Origin: Lingula anatina
Lineage: Eukaryota; Animalia; Brachiopoda
Direction of reading: 5' to 3'
Length of the DNA stretch: 64,000 nucleotides
NCBI GenBank assembly: GCA_051362555.1
Contig: CM120640.1
Location: 57,452,788-57,516,787, forward strand
Part shown: one piece after another, positions 35,270 to 49,250 of the stretch
Numbering within the stretch: position 1 is the stretch's first letter
Layout of the letters: the number at the start of each line of letters is the position of its first letter
The notes under the pieces: model-generated
Databases searched by the model: none
What the model was told of the DNA's origin: nothing
Seen by the model: the letters and a program-made list of their open reading frames with translations, nothing else
Made by a program: the position numbers and the translations under genes

Positions 35270-36300
35270 TTGAAAACACTTTGCTTTGTATAATAAAAAA
35301 ATGATATTTCTGCCTAATCGTTGTGTAGCAAGGACATCTAAGAATAAAATGAAATTCATCATCGATGTCGACTAAAATACATAGCAGGTTCTTAATTTTT
35401 ATTTGTGTCTGTTTACCCTCTAGTTTCTATAGCTAGATTATGTGATGAAAGTCTAAATTTGGCAATTTATTCTTATATTTATGTGAAATTGGCTTATTTA
35501 AATAGAATTGCACTGTAAAATTATCAACAAGATGTTGGTACAATAGCCCTTTACTCCTTGTGGATATTTCCACGGTCAATGTTTGTCTAAAATTATCTTT
35601 CAATCTTTGCTTTATCAATGACAATATAAAATTACCTGACACATTTTCGTAAAAAATAAATGACAAGCCAAGTGTCTTCAGCTCATTCTGTACTCACATT
35701 ACCCAATCAAAATTTTAGTTAAGCAGATCTTTGTAGCACGCTGTTCAGGGCCGTAGCCTGAGCAAACTGCCAGGGGGGGCAGTAAGCGGACACGAAGGGG
35801 CGAAGCCACCAAGGGGGGAGGGTGTTGGAGGGGGTGTCCCCCTCCCACGGTTTGGAAAAATTTTAAAAACTGTATGTATAATACTGCATTCTGGTGCATT
35901 TTAACTGTTATTTATTGCTCAATCAGAAGTCAGAAATTGCGATTATTTTTTTTGCACCTCAAATCCCAGGGGGGGCAGCTGCCCTCCCTGCCCCCCCGGA
36001 GGCTACGGCCCTGCTGTTATATTACAATTTTTCGGGGAGCGGATTTTCAATCAATATTTTAAAAATCTTAGCTTTCTATTTAAAAGAAGTGGGTATCTCC
36101 CGGTTTCATAATATACTAAGTTATGTACTAATGTACTGCTTACTACTAGTGCTACTTTTGACACCCAACATTCTTTTTAAAAATGTGCCCTTCTTATATC
36201 CTTTGCCATGTTAAATCTCCATGCATAATTTAAAATACTACTAACGTACGTATCAAATACTGCACAATTTGGTGGACACATTAAAGTCATTACAACTACA
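35270..36300 (-). mobile_element. Degenerate non-LTR retrotransposon (LINE) 3' fragment
   Basis: Minus-strand remnants FDTYVSSILNYA, LIKQRLKD..., FRLSSHNLAIET and DDEFHFILRCPCY (post-RT C-terminal region); interrupted by the MITE at 35746-36013. Confidence 0.7.
35746..36013. mobile_element. GC-rich MITE with 5-bp TSD
   Basis: TIR CAGGGCCGTAGCCT / AGGCTACGGCCCTG; CTGTT on both flanks. Confidence 0.8.
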
Positions 36301-37954
36301 TGTACTAATAGCAAACAATGTTTTTTTACCTTGTTCTGCGATATGTTTTTGTGTTTGAAAAAATTATGAATTTGCGAAATGTTTTGCTTACAGACGCAGA
36401 AATTGGGTTTCAAATTATAAAATTCTAAATCTTTGATATCATTTAATATTTCAGTTGAAATACCCTTTAGAAACAAATTCTCAAAGCACACAACACTTTA
36501 TCCTACGGCAACAGACTGAGGCATAACTAAAATTGCCCAACTCCGTTCAGCACAACTTTCCTAAACTTCTCTGTCTGTATTCAGCATGCAGTTCAGCTGA
36601 TTCTCATAGACCTTTATCTTCTATTGTCGTCACAGTAACACGAGACCCAGATCTGTTGCTTCATATTTGCATATTGAGGTGAGGTTTACCATGGACAAAA
36701 ATTTATTATTATGTCCAATGGTTTAGTAAAACACTTTTTTTCCTTCTGGTTTTTATACTTTTTAAAGGGTGGGGGTCGATTCAAACTTATCTCTAGTGTA
36801 CAGATTAAGTGCTGAATCTACAAAATTCGAGAAATGGATTTTTATGTGGCTCATATCCTTTAAAAGCAGTCCAGGTGCCTGAGAAAATCAGGAAACCGAA
36901 AATGATGTTTTTGCCCTAAAAATCCCAATATTACGCTACATGATGAACTTGGAGCTGTGTTTCAAGCATAATTAGATGTTTTGAAGATATTTTAAATGAA
37001 TGTAACAGGAATAAAAAATGCTAAGACCGTTATTATAAAATATAATTTCCAACTTACAGCCCTCCCTTAATTAGCTCGCAAAGTGATAGCAAACGACCGC
37101 CGGAATTTGTGGTTACAAAAAGGTTACAAAAATTTGCAAGGCTTTACATGACATATATGACAAACTCACATTAAACAAAACTCAGAAGCCTTTCAAAGTC
37201 GCTGCATTATCTTATCCGGCCGTATATTTGAATAGAGGAAACAGCTGCCAGATTGACGCTTCCTGTTTTACGGTTTACAAAGTTGGACACGAACACCGTC
37301 ATAGAATCTGGTAAAACAGTCACGTCATAATTATATTTGTCTTATCCATCCCAAATTACCACAAATATCCACACCATCATCCATAACAAGGAAACGAACA
37401 ACACAGCGTGTCGGTTGTTCGAGATTTGGCCAATCAACTACCGAATCAAAGCCGCTGTTAAATGTATCAGATAACGCCACTGAAGATTTTTTTTTTTTTG
37501 AAAAATGACTTTGACATAGTAACACATACAATAATATATTGCCAGTATTATTTCTGTTTTATACTGTATGCAAAAATTAAGTTTATCTGTCTTTTTAGGA
37601 AGAATCAGAATTAAATTATTGCATGTATTACGTTAGGGAATATGAAATTTATAAAGAATTAAAAGATTCCCAGCAATTTTTGTCAAAAATGCTGCTGATA
37701 AAAGCGTCAATTTCATTTTGCCAAAATAGATCAGACGTAGCAACATTAAAGGCCCTTTTCAGAACTATATGACTTCGAAGTACGCATCCTCACAAACATC
37801 TACATGTATTATTATTTACTACATTCCGGCAACATATTTGAGCCCGATTTCCAATCGCTTGAGCTTGCCGTCGTCAGTGTTAAATAATAAGCTTACCAAA
37901 TATTAACCATCACTTAAAGATGTTCATTCTGAAAACCTCTACATTATATTATAG

Positions 37955-38133
37955 ACCGACCTAACTCCCTGGGGGTTCACGCTAAATAGCTGTCAGCCGG
38001 GCGGACACGAAAGTTAATTACCCCCTTACAGCTTGTAGTAGGCGGGACGGACATTTAAGTCGGATTATCTGAAAGTAATCTAGTGAGACTCCCCGCGGGG
38101 ATAGATCGATCTAAAATCTATGGGAATAGAGCC
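37955..38133. mobile_element. MITE family 'GACTGCATTCCCA', truncated copy
   Basis: CGACCTAACTCCCTGGGGGTTCACGCTAAAT...GATAGATCGATCTAAAATCTATGGGAAT. Confidence 0.75.
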
Positions 38134-38831
38134 TTAGATGTAACGAATGAACACAATATTCCGGTCCTTGAAAGCTTTAACTAGTACTGACGCTGTTCTA
38201 TATCTTTCCCTTGAAGTGATGAATTGAAACGGAGATATTAGCCTTTAATGTTCCCAAGCGAGTTCGACGTTATGTAACAGTTATGTAACTTGCATGGGCA
38301 CGTTTAGCTATACTACGCAGTCATGCTGGATCTGTCCTCTACCATTATGCGATCAAATCGTCACAATGTCTTTGGTCTGACTACTAGGATTTTTACGTTA
38401 TTCCCTTCACAATCCACTCTTAACGCAAGCAAATTGGGATGCTAAGTTGTCATCCTGTACCAAAACATCAGTATGACCTTGTACGTACACAGATTAGTAG
38501 GAAAAATATCTGCGCATGCAGCACTATAGAAAACATCTCTCTGTACGTGTTGACCTTGTAGAGGTTAGGTTCTTGTTTGAGGGCTGCCTTTTTCAGGGTC
38601 CAGTCAAAACTTTAAGACTAAATTTTTGTTTACTTTGATCAAAGATATATCAGTGGTATCATTAGTCCACTCAGCTGAAATAGCTTAAGCCTTTTTGCAA
38701 TCTCCAAATTTCGCAGATAATATTGCGTGACAATGTCCAAAAGATTTTACGGATAATCTGCGAACAGCGAGGCCGGAAGCGTATCTTGCTTCTCTCGCAA
38801 GGAGATCGCAAGTGAGACATGCGTGGTCCAA

Positions 38832-39209
38832 GACTGCATTCCCAGAGATTTAGATCGATCTATCTGGATCGACCTAACTCCCTGGGGGTTCACGCTAAAT
38901 TGCTGTCAGCCGAGCGCGCACCATATTTAATTACCCCCTTACAGCTTTTAGTAGGAGTCCAAGAAACCATTCCCACAGATATTTAAATCGATCTATCCCC
39001 TGGGGAGTCTCACTAGATTGGTGTCAGCTTAACATGCTTAAATGTCTGTCACGCCTAGTAAAGCTGTTAGGGGGTAATTATCTTTATCCTAGCTGATTCG
39101 GTAGGCGTGACAGACATTTAAGACTCTTGAGCTGACAGCAATTTAGGGTGAACCCCCAGGGAGTTAGGTCGATCCAGATGGATCGATCTTAATCTGTTGG
39201 AATGCAGTC
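38832..39209. mobile_element. MITE family 'GACTGCATTCCCA': truncated copy plus inverted full copy (38963-39209)
   Basis: CAA precedes, separates and follows the two copies. Confidence 0.8.
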
Positions 39210-39619
39210 CAAGGCGGTCGTCGAAAGCAATGAAGGAGCAAGTGCCCTTTGAGTGTTGAGTGCGGTGTCATCCTCACAGCTAACGAACACAATCGAAAGC
39301 ACGGTGGGAGTGCGTCGCAGGTGCGCCACCCCCACGCCAGGAGTATAAAAGATATGTCTCAATAATTAACTTCGATTGTGCAACGTTTACAACAACTTTC
39401 AAAAATTTCGAATGTTGCATAATTTAGCTTCTAATATGCCTCTAAAAGACAGCGGAGAACTAGGAGGCAAAACTGACGTACGCCGTCAGTAGGTCAACAC
39501 AAGTGTGAAGCAAAAGTGACGTAAAAAGGAAACACTTTCGCCGTGCGTTGCATTCTCTTCATAAGTGGTGAGTGCGTGCCACGTACGCAGGTAGCAAGAC
39601 TAACCCAAGAAATGAGTAC

Positions 39620-39788
39620 AATTCCCACGGCCACCGCACCTTGCAATTAGCGTCCCTGCTTGGCAAGGCAGACTTGCGCCTTTCCATTGCAAACTTTCCT
39701 CTACCTCTACGAACGCCACGAATTCTACTGCACCCACAATTCGCAGGGGACGATCCTAAAATTCATGCGTCCGGTTGTGACCGAGGCT
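39620..39788. mobile_element. Terminal fragment of a Harbinger-like element (...CCGGTTGTGACCGAGGCT)
   Basis: Related copy in the same orientation at ~45450-45629. Confidence 0.55.
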
Positions 39789-40659
39789 TTTAGTTTCATA
39801 CCAATGCCTTCAGATTACTTATCACGTTGTTTGTTGGTTGTATCAAGGAGGTACAACTCCTTGGTTGTATAATAACACGTAGGACATCAATAAACGAAAT
39901 ACGCTTGGATTTATCCAGCTGCTATGCTGGATGCGATTAAGTCTTTTGCATTCCGTATATTTCGTTGATTCACTTGTTATATCTTAATTAACTCCGCTAG
40001 TTGGCATTTTCATTATAAAATGAATGATTTTCGGAAAACACCCCATTGGGGGTTGGGCGCTGTTGCATCACCCCATCGAGCAGGTTGACGTTTGGGAGCC
40101 GATTACAAGAGATGCAATACTTGTATCTTGCGACGTAATTTCAGACCGAAAGAAGTTGCACAAGAACTTAATCAGTGATAAGTGCCTCGGGGACATTAAT
40201 GCTGAGTAGAACATAATTAGAATCGTATCCATATCAAGTGTAATTATGACAACATTCAGGTCCTGGATGAGTACTAGTTCTACATTATCGTAGGTACGAA
40301 CACCACGTCAATCTCGTCAAGAGTAATTCTTTAGAATCATGTGTCTGTACCGCACAATCACTAGACCGTGAAGTAACGCTTTGTCTTCTTTTACATTTTT
40401 AATTGGAATAACGAGGTTTTGCTGGATTAATTTGAAACTTTTTTTAGAAATAACGAAGTATGTCATATCGAATTTAAGCTATGCAGCTCATGAAAGTTGT
40501 ATTCATCGTCAGAAGCTGTGGCCATCGTTTATTCATTATTTGACGGGCCGTACAAACTCATCAATCGTGTGGAATTTAAAGTACTCCATCCGATATTTGC
40601 CCACCAAAACAATCAATTTCAAAATCCTGCGCACGTTTTTAAATAAATCTAGTATGCAG

Positions 40660-40950
40660 TAAGTAATGGCGGGTGTACCTCCCACGTGCACGGTAAGAAC
40701 CCATCAGGACATTCTGTTCAATAGAACCACCAATCTTTGCTGGGGATTCTGTTCCACTCTTGGAACAAGGCTTGCCTTAACTGTTGTAAATTTGATGGGC
40801 GTGGGTTTCTCCTGTACTGTGTGCACTGCCTTGCCCAATTTATCTCAACTGTGTTCAGTTGGGTTCATTTCAAGGTTTTTGGAGGGTTGTGCAGAAGGTT
40901 CTTTTTGTTCCAAAAATTGCTGCAAGTTGTAAACGTGCATGATCAACTAG
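40660..40950 (-). mobile_element. Tc1 transposase C-terminal remnant
   Basis: Minus strand EMNPTEHS*DKLG ... NLQQLRQALFQEWNRIP, matching the Tc1 C-terminal pattern. Confidence 0.65.
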
Positions 40951-40999
40951 GGAACAGACAAATTTGCTATTATGCAGAAATTTGAAGCGAACCATGAAA

Positions 41000-43000
41000 A
41001 CATTTAACACAAGTGTGACTTCAGCTATGGTAACAGTATTTAAAGTCATGAATTTGAAGCTTGAATTTACCAACAATAGGGGGATTTTTGAAGTCAGTTT
41101 TTTCCCAAGGCCCAAACTCATGTATTCATAGAATATCGTTACCTTGATAACCTAGGCTTGAATGTTCATATGAAAAAATAAAATTTTGTAGCAATTAATG
41201 AATGCAGGAATCACAACTGATGAAAATTTGAATTTTTTTAAGCAAAAATTTTACCAACTTTATTTTTAAGGCATTTTTGGGCAATTTTATTGTTTTCCTT
41301 AGTAATTTTTATTTTTTTAATATATTAACTTAAGTGGGCATGGATATATACCCAAAAGCATATATATTCTGGTTGCGATAGCAACGACGGCAAATTCCAT
41401 ATCTTTTAGACCTATGGGACCTATTATCAAAATAATGAAAACAATGTTGCATAAAAAGTTGCACTTCATGAACTTATATATGAAAAGTGTGTAGCTTTCT
41501 GATCAAAAATGCATGTTGCCACCCTAAGTGGCTTCATAAATCAAGCAAAAATACCCAATTTAAAGATAACGAAAAACAATATTGCTGATAAGTCGCACTT
41601 CATTGACTAATATATGAAATGCTTGCAGATTTTTGATCATCAATACGTGTAGCAACCTCGTTTGTATTTTCAGGGACCATTACTATGGCAACAGTAAATA
41701 AGCCATGAATTTGAATCTTAAATTTACCAAATACAGGGTGATTATTTTATGTTATCTTTCAAGGTCCACACTAATGTACTCATGGAGTATCCTTACATTG
41801 ATAACCTATGCTTGAATATTCACAAGAAAATATAACATTTTGAAGAAATTAATAAATGAAAGAATGACACCTGATAAAAATTTTGATATTTTTCTAAGCA
41901 AAAATTCTCCTAAATTCATTTTTCACACATTTCATGTTTTCCTTGGTAATTTTTATTGTTTTAAAAACAAAAACATAAAGAGGCATGGATATCTACCAAA
42001 AGGAATTAATGTATACTTTGGTTGCCATAGCAACAGAAGCATATTCCAATTTGACAACAGTAAATAAGCCATGTCAATTTTCTAGTAAGGTCAACACATT
42101 TATTTACTGAGTATTCTTGGAATCATGATACATGAAGCTAAAATAACCACTTTTTGGCAAAATAAAGTGTCTTAGTAACAAAAGGACATTGCAATGCAGA
42201 TCAATTTATCAAAAGAAAATACCTGTTTTAAATTTGCTTATCATTCAATTTGATGTTTTTCAACATGCAAATCAAAACATTGTATTTTTCGAATTCAGAA
42301 ATTGGCGACCATTTTGGATTTTTCAACCCTGAACAAAGTCTCAAAACAATTTAACTTATTCAGCCATATATTTCATCCCATAACTTGTGCAATAAATCCT
42401 CCATTTAGTAGTCTGAGATGTTTTATAGTAAGAAAGGTTTGTTGACATATCAAAAGAAAAAGTCCACTTCATGTGGTGCGCATGGCCATCTTGGGTTTAA
42501 GCCATCTATGTTCAAATATACAATTTTAAGATAAAGCAACTGATATTATTTGAAAAGAAAGACTACAAATAATTCAAATCCATCAAAACATGTAAAATAT
42601 TTCTAATTTTTGATTAACAAAAACAATTCAAATTAAGGTATTTGTATTATTTCACAAAAAAATTTAAAAAAAAATGGCCGCCTGGATTCGGTCACCATCT
42701 TGAAAAAATATAAAATGCCCGAAAATTGAAGAAGGCGTAAGTACTTGTGATCAGTACAAATTTTGATGATTTTTAGTTTTAGTTTTCAATTTTTGTATTT
42801 ACATATGACATATGACTTCATCGGCGGCCATCTTGGATTTTGCTTGTTTCCGGTACAAACAGACACTTTTTCAAGCCGGAAACAAGCAGAAATGAAAAAT
42901 TCATGTTCTAAACTACAAGAATCAATCATAAAACCTTTGCCTGACGGGGAGTGCAGCCAAATTGGATTTTTTGGGCCTTTGACTCAAATACTATACCAAG
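41000..43000. repeat. Repeat-derived AT-rich block with internal duplication (~41030-41400 vs ~41690-42050)
   Basis: Duplicated CATGAATTTGAA...TTGATAACCTA.GCTTGAAT...GGTTGC.ATAGCAAC segments; recurrent GGCCATCTTG motifs typical of transposon subtermini. Confidence 0.5.
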
Positions 43001-45449
43001 CACTGGAAGGATGTTAAATTGTATGTACTGAAGCTATTTTTATTTTAGATGCTTGGACACGATCTGCTACATTATTTGTAGACAATTTTAATGGTTGAAA
43101 ATGTGATAATAAATAGGAATTATACATTGCTGATTTAATTATTTTTAGTTTCCTTTTTTCTGCATCCGTGTATTTGTTTTATTGTTTACTTAGATAATGA
43201 CTTTGCAAAATTTACAAGACATACAGCGATGAATCATTAAGGGTATCGCATATATACTCATTATTTTTGTAAAATGATAAAATAAATAAACGGAAGCGTC
43301 AAAATTTCGCACATTGCTTATTAGCCTCATATAAAATTTTTTTGCTATCGTAAGTTTAAAATACGTGGCGTATGAAAACCTTATCAATTAGTTAAAAATC
43401 CTGCCAACAAATGCAATTTATGTTTTCTTTTGTTTTTAAATATTAAGATATATGATCATGATATTTAGAAGTCATACATGACAAATTATATCCTATACTA
43501 CGACAATATTTTCGAATGCCTGCGACCAGTGTCATTTACCAGAAAGTCCCCCATGACAGAAAGTCTGCTTCCCATTCATTTGTACAGGTGAGCGTCGCCC
43601 TAGATTTTGACACACTTAGGTCAAACTAACCCTAACCATTATAACTATATCAGGCCTACCAAACTACTAGATTACACGGTATCAGACGCGACACCGCTCT
43701 TGCCTAGTACGCGATGTGATAGGGACGATTCTCAGCGGGGTTGAAAAGCATTGCATCACCACTCAAAATTTGTTCAGGGTATGATACTGTGTAATGCGAT
43801 CTGACACACACCTTGAAAACGGGTAGTGTGGTCTGATCTACCGGTGAATTCAGGATCATTCGGTGCCGAGTCTGGTAGTTGGGTAGGCCTGAAGATGATT
43901 GTGTCTGCTCTTGCTATAACTTTTAATCTTAATTTTTTGATAAATGTACAAAGTTCGATGACTTGTAGGCCCATGAAGCTGGGTAATTTGCATTTTTTCA
44001 CACGTCACGTTTAAATAAATACTACCCGAGTTCCATAGCAATTTTGTTTCATTTCTTTATCTTCGTCCTGTAATTTCTTTCTCATTTATGTGTGCAAAAT
44101 GTGCAGATACTGTTACACAGAAAGACAACGTAAACAAGCCATATTTCATTTTTCGTTTTCAAATTTCCATCTAAACGCTATATCAGCATTTCTTTAAAAG
44201 TCCATTGCCCTCAAACAAGTGATGGATGATGACGCTTACATGTTAATCCACATGTTGCATGGACTTCAAATTCAGTTACAACAAGCAAACGTTGGATAAG
44301 GTTAGGTAAAGTTATATTAACGATGCAGGGCAATAGAAGATGAGGTACAAGATGGGACGTAAATGAGTGTTAATATATTAGATGAATCACTTTGATGTGT
44401 TTACATGTTAAGCTGCAGTATCCATGCATTGTGGATAAGAATGATGTTATGTACAGCGTTCTCCCACGCCAATCGCCCCACTTGCTGAGGTCAATGGCGA
44501 CGCAAGCGTGCCTTAACCGCAGCGTTGGCGTTATCACGATTCTAATGATTATGGCTTTAAAATATGAAAAACTTCAGGTTGAAAACAAAAACCCGGTACT
44601 AAGGTTATTTTCAAACAGTTTCTACTGATTTACAAATGACATGAAGTGTCGTTTGCGATCTCCCCATTTAAAAAGAACAAATACTAACGGTATGATTCAA
44701 TGTGTCGCAATTATTAACAAATTTAAGAAATCAGCGCTGACGACACTGAAGTACAGTTACTATGAAAACGAGCTGAAACATATATAAATTCCCACAATTA
44801 ATGATCCAAGTTAACCAGAAAACCTTGTCGACCCCGTGTTGTTACTATTTAAGACCTAACCTAACCTAACCTAAGAAGCACGGGAGTCAACTACAACTAC
44901 TAGGCGTTTATTTGGATATATTCACTTACGGACATTTAACCTTCATTAACATTAGGCAAGGAAAAAGTTTCTATGAAAGTGTCGGATTCGCCTTGGTTTG
45001 TATAAAGAATCTGCCTGACACCCGTATATACACTTATAGCATTTTTGGAAAGTGAACATGTCAATACTGCAATGACTGCAGCATATATAGGCCTATAACC
45101 TATAACGTTCTGGGAAATGACGAACAACTAAACCTTGGTCCAATACATATGTATACGGATAAATTGATATAAGAAACATGCGAAACACCTTGACAAACGC
45201 ATTCTAATTACGACCATTTTGTTCGAGTAAGTCGATTTTTAATACGGCCGTGGAACTATTTCGAAAATGTTACCAGCCATCAATTTGATTTTGTGCGGCT
45301 AATCAGACAGTGTTTCTCGGGTCTTTGTATAATAGTCGCTTTAATATTTTCTCGTAACATTTTTTGCAGATATTCAAAATGGGGACTAACCATTGCTAAG
45401 TGTTAATAAGTAGAAATGTTTGCGTCCAAATTTTGCGCAAAATCTCACG

Positions 45450-45629
45450 TCCCACGCGGCCATCGCTCCTTGCAATTAGCGTCCCTGCTTGAAAGGACAT
45501 CTCATGTGGCCCTTGCGACTCGCAAGGCAGACTTTCCTCTACTTCTACGACCTCCACGGCCTCCGGAACAGCCAAAAATCGCAGAGGACGTACGATTCTG
45601 AAATTCGTGCGTCCGGTTGTGACCGAGGC
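45450..45629. mobile_element. Terminal fragment of a Harbinger-like element, second copy
   Basis: CTTGCAATTAGCGTCCCTGCTTG...GCGTCCGGTTGTGACCGAGGCT shared with 39620-39788. Confidence 0.55.
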
Positions 45630-47178
45630 TTAAGAAACCTGTAAGCGACCAAGCGACTAAAGACCGTCAATCGACCATGCAGTTACAACTGCAATCTTCT
45701 AGCGACCTGCTGCCGACTACTTGCGACTGATAAGAACCTTGTAAGCGACCAGGCGACTAAATACCTTCAATCAACCGTGTAGTTGCAAGTGGTATGCTAC
45801 TGGTTATTGAGACAACCAAGAAGAGACCGATAAGCAGCCTTTAGGATACCGATATTTTTCATCTTTAGTCGCACTGGTTATGGGTGCACAAAAAGTGGCC
45901 TTCATGTGTAAACGATCGCTGGCGAACTGTTAGCAACCTTATGCGACCACTTTAAAACCTCCTAAGGTTGCAAAGAGGTTGCCAAAGGTTGTAAGCACCG
46001 AGTGACCCAGGTTTTACAAAGCACCAAGTTTAAATTACAACTGTTACAAAACGTTTGTTTAATGCATACCTGTATGAAACGGAAAATCATACAGTTGACT
46101 TGTGGGGATTATAACTGAATGGTGTCTGAAATAGATTGTATCTTAAGTATCTATCTATATATCTATATTTTTTTGTAGTTACACTTGCCAAACTTTAAGT
46201 GTGTGTTTATTTTCAGCCTGCCTTATGCGTGGTCAATAATATTAAATTGTCTAAAATGTTCTTGCATGTAAACATGCCGTGCGTCCTCCCATATGAAATA
46301 TAAAAAACTCTTAAAGATGCAGATTAAGCGAGCATTTATGTCGAATTAATTAGCCCGACCTGATGCCATTATACCCCCTACCAGGGCCGCAGTTATTATG
46401 TTGACATTTTTTTCTCACAGTAAAAAGAATAACCGTGGATTTAACCAGACACATATCTGTGGATATCTATTGAAAAATCAGTTTGTGGCCCTGGTAGAGG
46501 GTTAGGTCATTATATAATTTTAAATGAGATAACTTAAAGCCATACATGTACACATGTACAGCAGTTATTTATTGCATTATTTTTTGATAAAAAAGATATT
46601 TGCAAAAATGCTTGTTGCTTACCTCACTGCTTACGAACTGAATGGGAAATAAGTACATGTAAGGCAAATTAAGGACCAGAAATTTGAAAAAGGTGCAGTT
46701 ATAAGGACTTTTTCTGAGAGATGAATTTCTTCTTCTTCCTTTTTTTTTTTTTTTTGCATGTGAATTTCATTTGGGTTGTCGAAGAAACTGGCACTAATTA
46801 TTCATATATGGTAAATGGCATTTACGCTGATACGTTTCTTAGTTAAATTCTCAAATATGTTTTAACTCTGGATGTTTTGCCAAAATAATTTTGCATGTGG
46901 TAGAAAAACTTTAAAACAAAATATGTGTCTGTGTCAAATTTACCAGTTCTATAGTGGGCATACCACTCACTTGTGTTTTTTCAGTCTACCCACGTGTGGT
47001 CGACAATTGGGTTAACACGTCAGGCAGGCGAGTTGTCCATTCCTAAGAGTTTTTGCTTTTAGCCTTGCAGTTTTTATGCCTTTGTTGCATCGAAGGAGAG
47101 GACAAAACATCCTTTCATGCTTTCATAAAATAGCTTCAAGATTTGCTATTGCTATAACAGCACATGTAGAGTAATATA

Positions 47179-48275
47179 CAACATTGGTCAAAAAGGTTGT
47201 CCCGCTTCCAGTATCATGTGCTTTGATTTACAAATGATCACATCACAGGTGCATTGTGCATTTGTTACAAAAATTGATATTCATTCCAGATACCATAAAA
47301 CATGATAAGTGGTACAGAAAATACAACCTAGCGGTGAAGACATCAATATTTAATATCATTTATTCACAATGATTACACGTACCCCCTAAAATCCGATGTT
47401 TCACTGTCTGTGATTTTCATAGAGGTAAAGAAATGTCCATTTAATTGAAAAGCCACCACCAAATGTCACCGAATTTACACACATTTAGCATTAGGGTGTG
47501 CTCGTTAAAGGCTCTGTGCCTAATAGCGTTTGTGTCTACCGCGTACTGTAATTACGTTGCCTGCCTTCAACAAGGGTAACAATTCTGTTTTGTGGGATAT
47601 TGTCCTATTTTTCCTAAAGAGCTTGGGGGAGTTGGGTTCCTTTGCATTGGACACTCCCATTCATGCCACAGATTCTTAGTAGGGTTAATAAAATGCCTCA
47701 AAGATGGTTGCTCCATCCTCTGAACATTGTTTTTTTTTGCAACAAATCACTCATCGGCGAGAACCGTGTTAAGTGCATTTCCACGATAACGCCTGCGGTA
47801 TCCCTGAGGTCACATCTTGAAAATGGAGTGGGGCATTTGTTGATAATGTTGTCAATTGCCCCAATAACTTTTTTTTCGGAATAAACAATGTACTAAAACC
47901 AAGGGCTTGGAATGCTGTTCATACGTGCACAGCCCCGACACCTCAGGCGATATTATCCTGCACACACCTTCTAAAAACCATTCTGCAACATGTTTACGGG
48001 CCCTAATTTGACCATCAACGGCATACAAAAAATACCTAGATTCTTCAGCAAAACTAACTTGTTCCTAGTGATGATTGACCAAGTTCTTGTAGTTCTGGGG
48101 TCGCTGAACCTAACATTCCTCTGATATCTCATTCCATCTACAGGAGGGGGAATTCGGGGTTGATCCAGGCTTCATCATGACAGCACACTTGCAAACATTC
48201 CCGTCTGGTGAGTGATTAGTTGTAGAAACCCAATGTTCAGAGACTGGAGAAACCATCTTTGAGTCCTCATAATAA
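47179..48275. mobile_element. Tc1 fold-back family, second (inverted, truncated) copy
   Basis: TA-CAACATTGGTCAAAAAGGTTGTCCC terminus; internal sequence is the reverse complement of 14300-15473, including the same arm junction. Confidence 0.8.
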
Positions 48276-48629
48276 AACTACTAAATAATAACTTTTTTGA
48301 AATTCCAGAAGAACAGCTGTTTCTATAGGCAAAATGGACCAAGAGGTCTATTTCTGATAGGAAATTTGAGAAATGAGTATCATTTAGGTCGGTAAATCCA
48401 CCATCATTGGAAACGCAGCCAGAGCCTGTGTAACTATGCACATGTATATACCTGTACTGAACAGGGTTGCGGATCCTAGACATAACTCACAATTTTTTTT
48501 ATAACAATCATTTAGACTGCTAAAAAGAGTTTCATCATCGACAATTAAAGGCCCGACAGCCTGAAATATGCCTTTTGTTGTTATGTTTTTATGGTTAAAA
48601 AATCTATTACTCTTATGTAAGCATTTCCA

Positions 48630-49250
48630 TTGTTACATTTCAAATTGAGTTTGGTAACCTTGTCTGCTGATAGTTCATTGTAAAGCTTTACGGAAGAGCC
48701 AGAATCTCAGTCAGTCAAAATGAGGTGTGATATAAAATCTCTCAAGTTTTGCTGGATATGAATGAAGAACAGCATTAAAATGACCTCAAACAACCAAAAG
48801 GTGAATATATTTAAATTATTAAATACAAGATGGATGATCGATCATTGTTCTACATGTATGAGGCCGGGGAAGAAATCACTAGAATAAAATGTGACCAGCA
48901 ATGTAATTGCCAAGGAAGTATCCAATGTCTGTCCAACAACATCCTTCCTCTCTTTGAGTAGAACAGTACCAACAAAATATTGTTAGATGAAAAAAACAAA
49001 TCAGAACAAAGTTATATCATCCATCCATCCATACTTTAAAAACATTCACGTTTTGGTTGTTTGAAGCTAGAATAATTGATTCTTCCGTATAATTCCATCC
49101 AACAGATGTTGAGAGATCTTATCTCTTCTCATTTTAACCGACCAAAATGATTGAGGTGTTCATTGTCTCCATAACTGAAGATTCTGGATCTTCGGTCTAG
49201 ATTGACAGTAAACTGTCAGCCTACATCGTATCTGAATTCATTCTGAAATG
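48630..49250. mobile_element. Old, diverged long-inverted-repeat element
   Basis: CCAGAATCT, TCTCTCAA and CAAACAACCAAAA.GTGAAT (48630-48840) are mirrored at 49015-49250. Confidence 0.5.

Noticed and set aside
36690-36720. Third candidate footprint CATGGACAAAAAT...ATTATGTCCAATG
   Set aside because: Palindrome and flanking duplication (GTTTAC/GTTTAG) are both imperfect.
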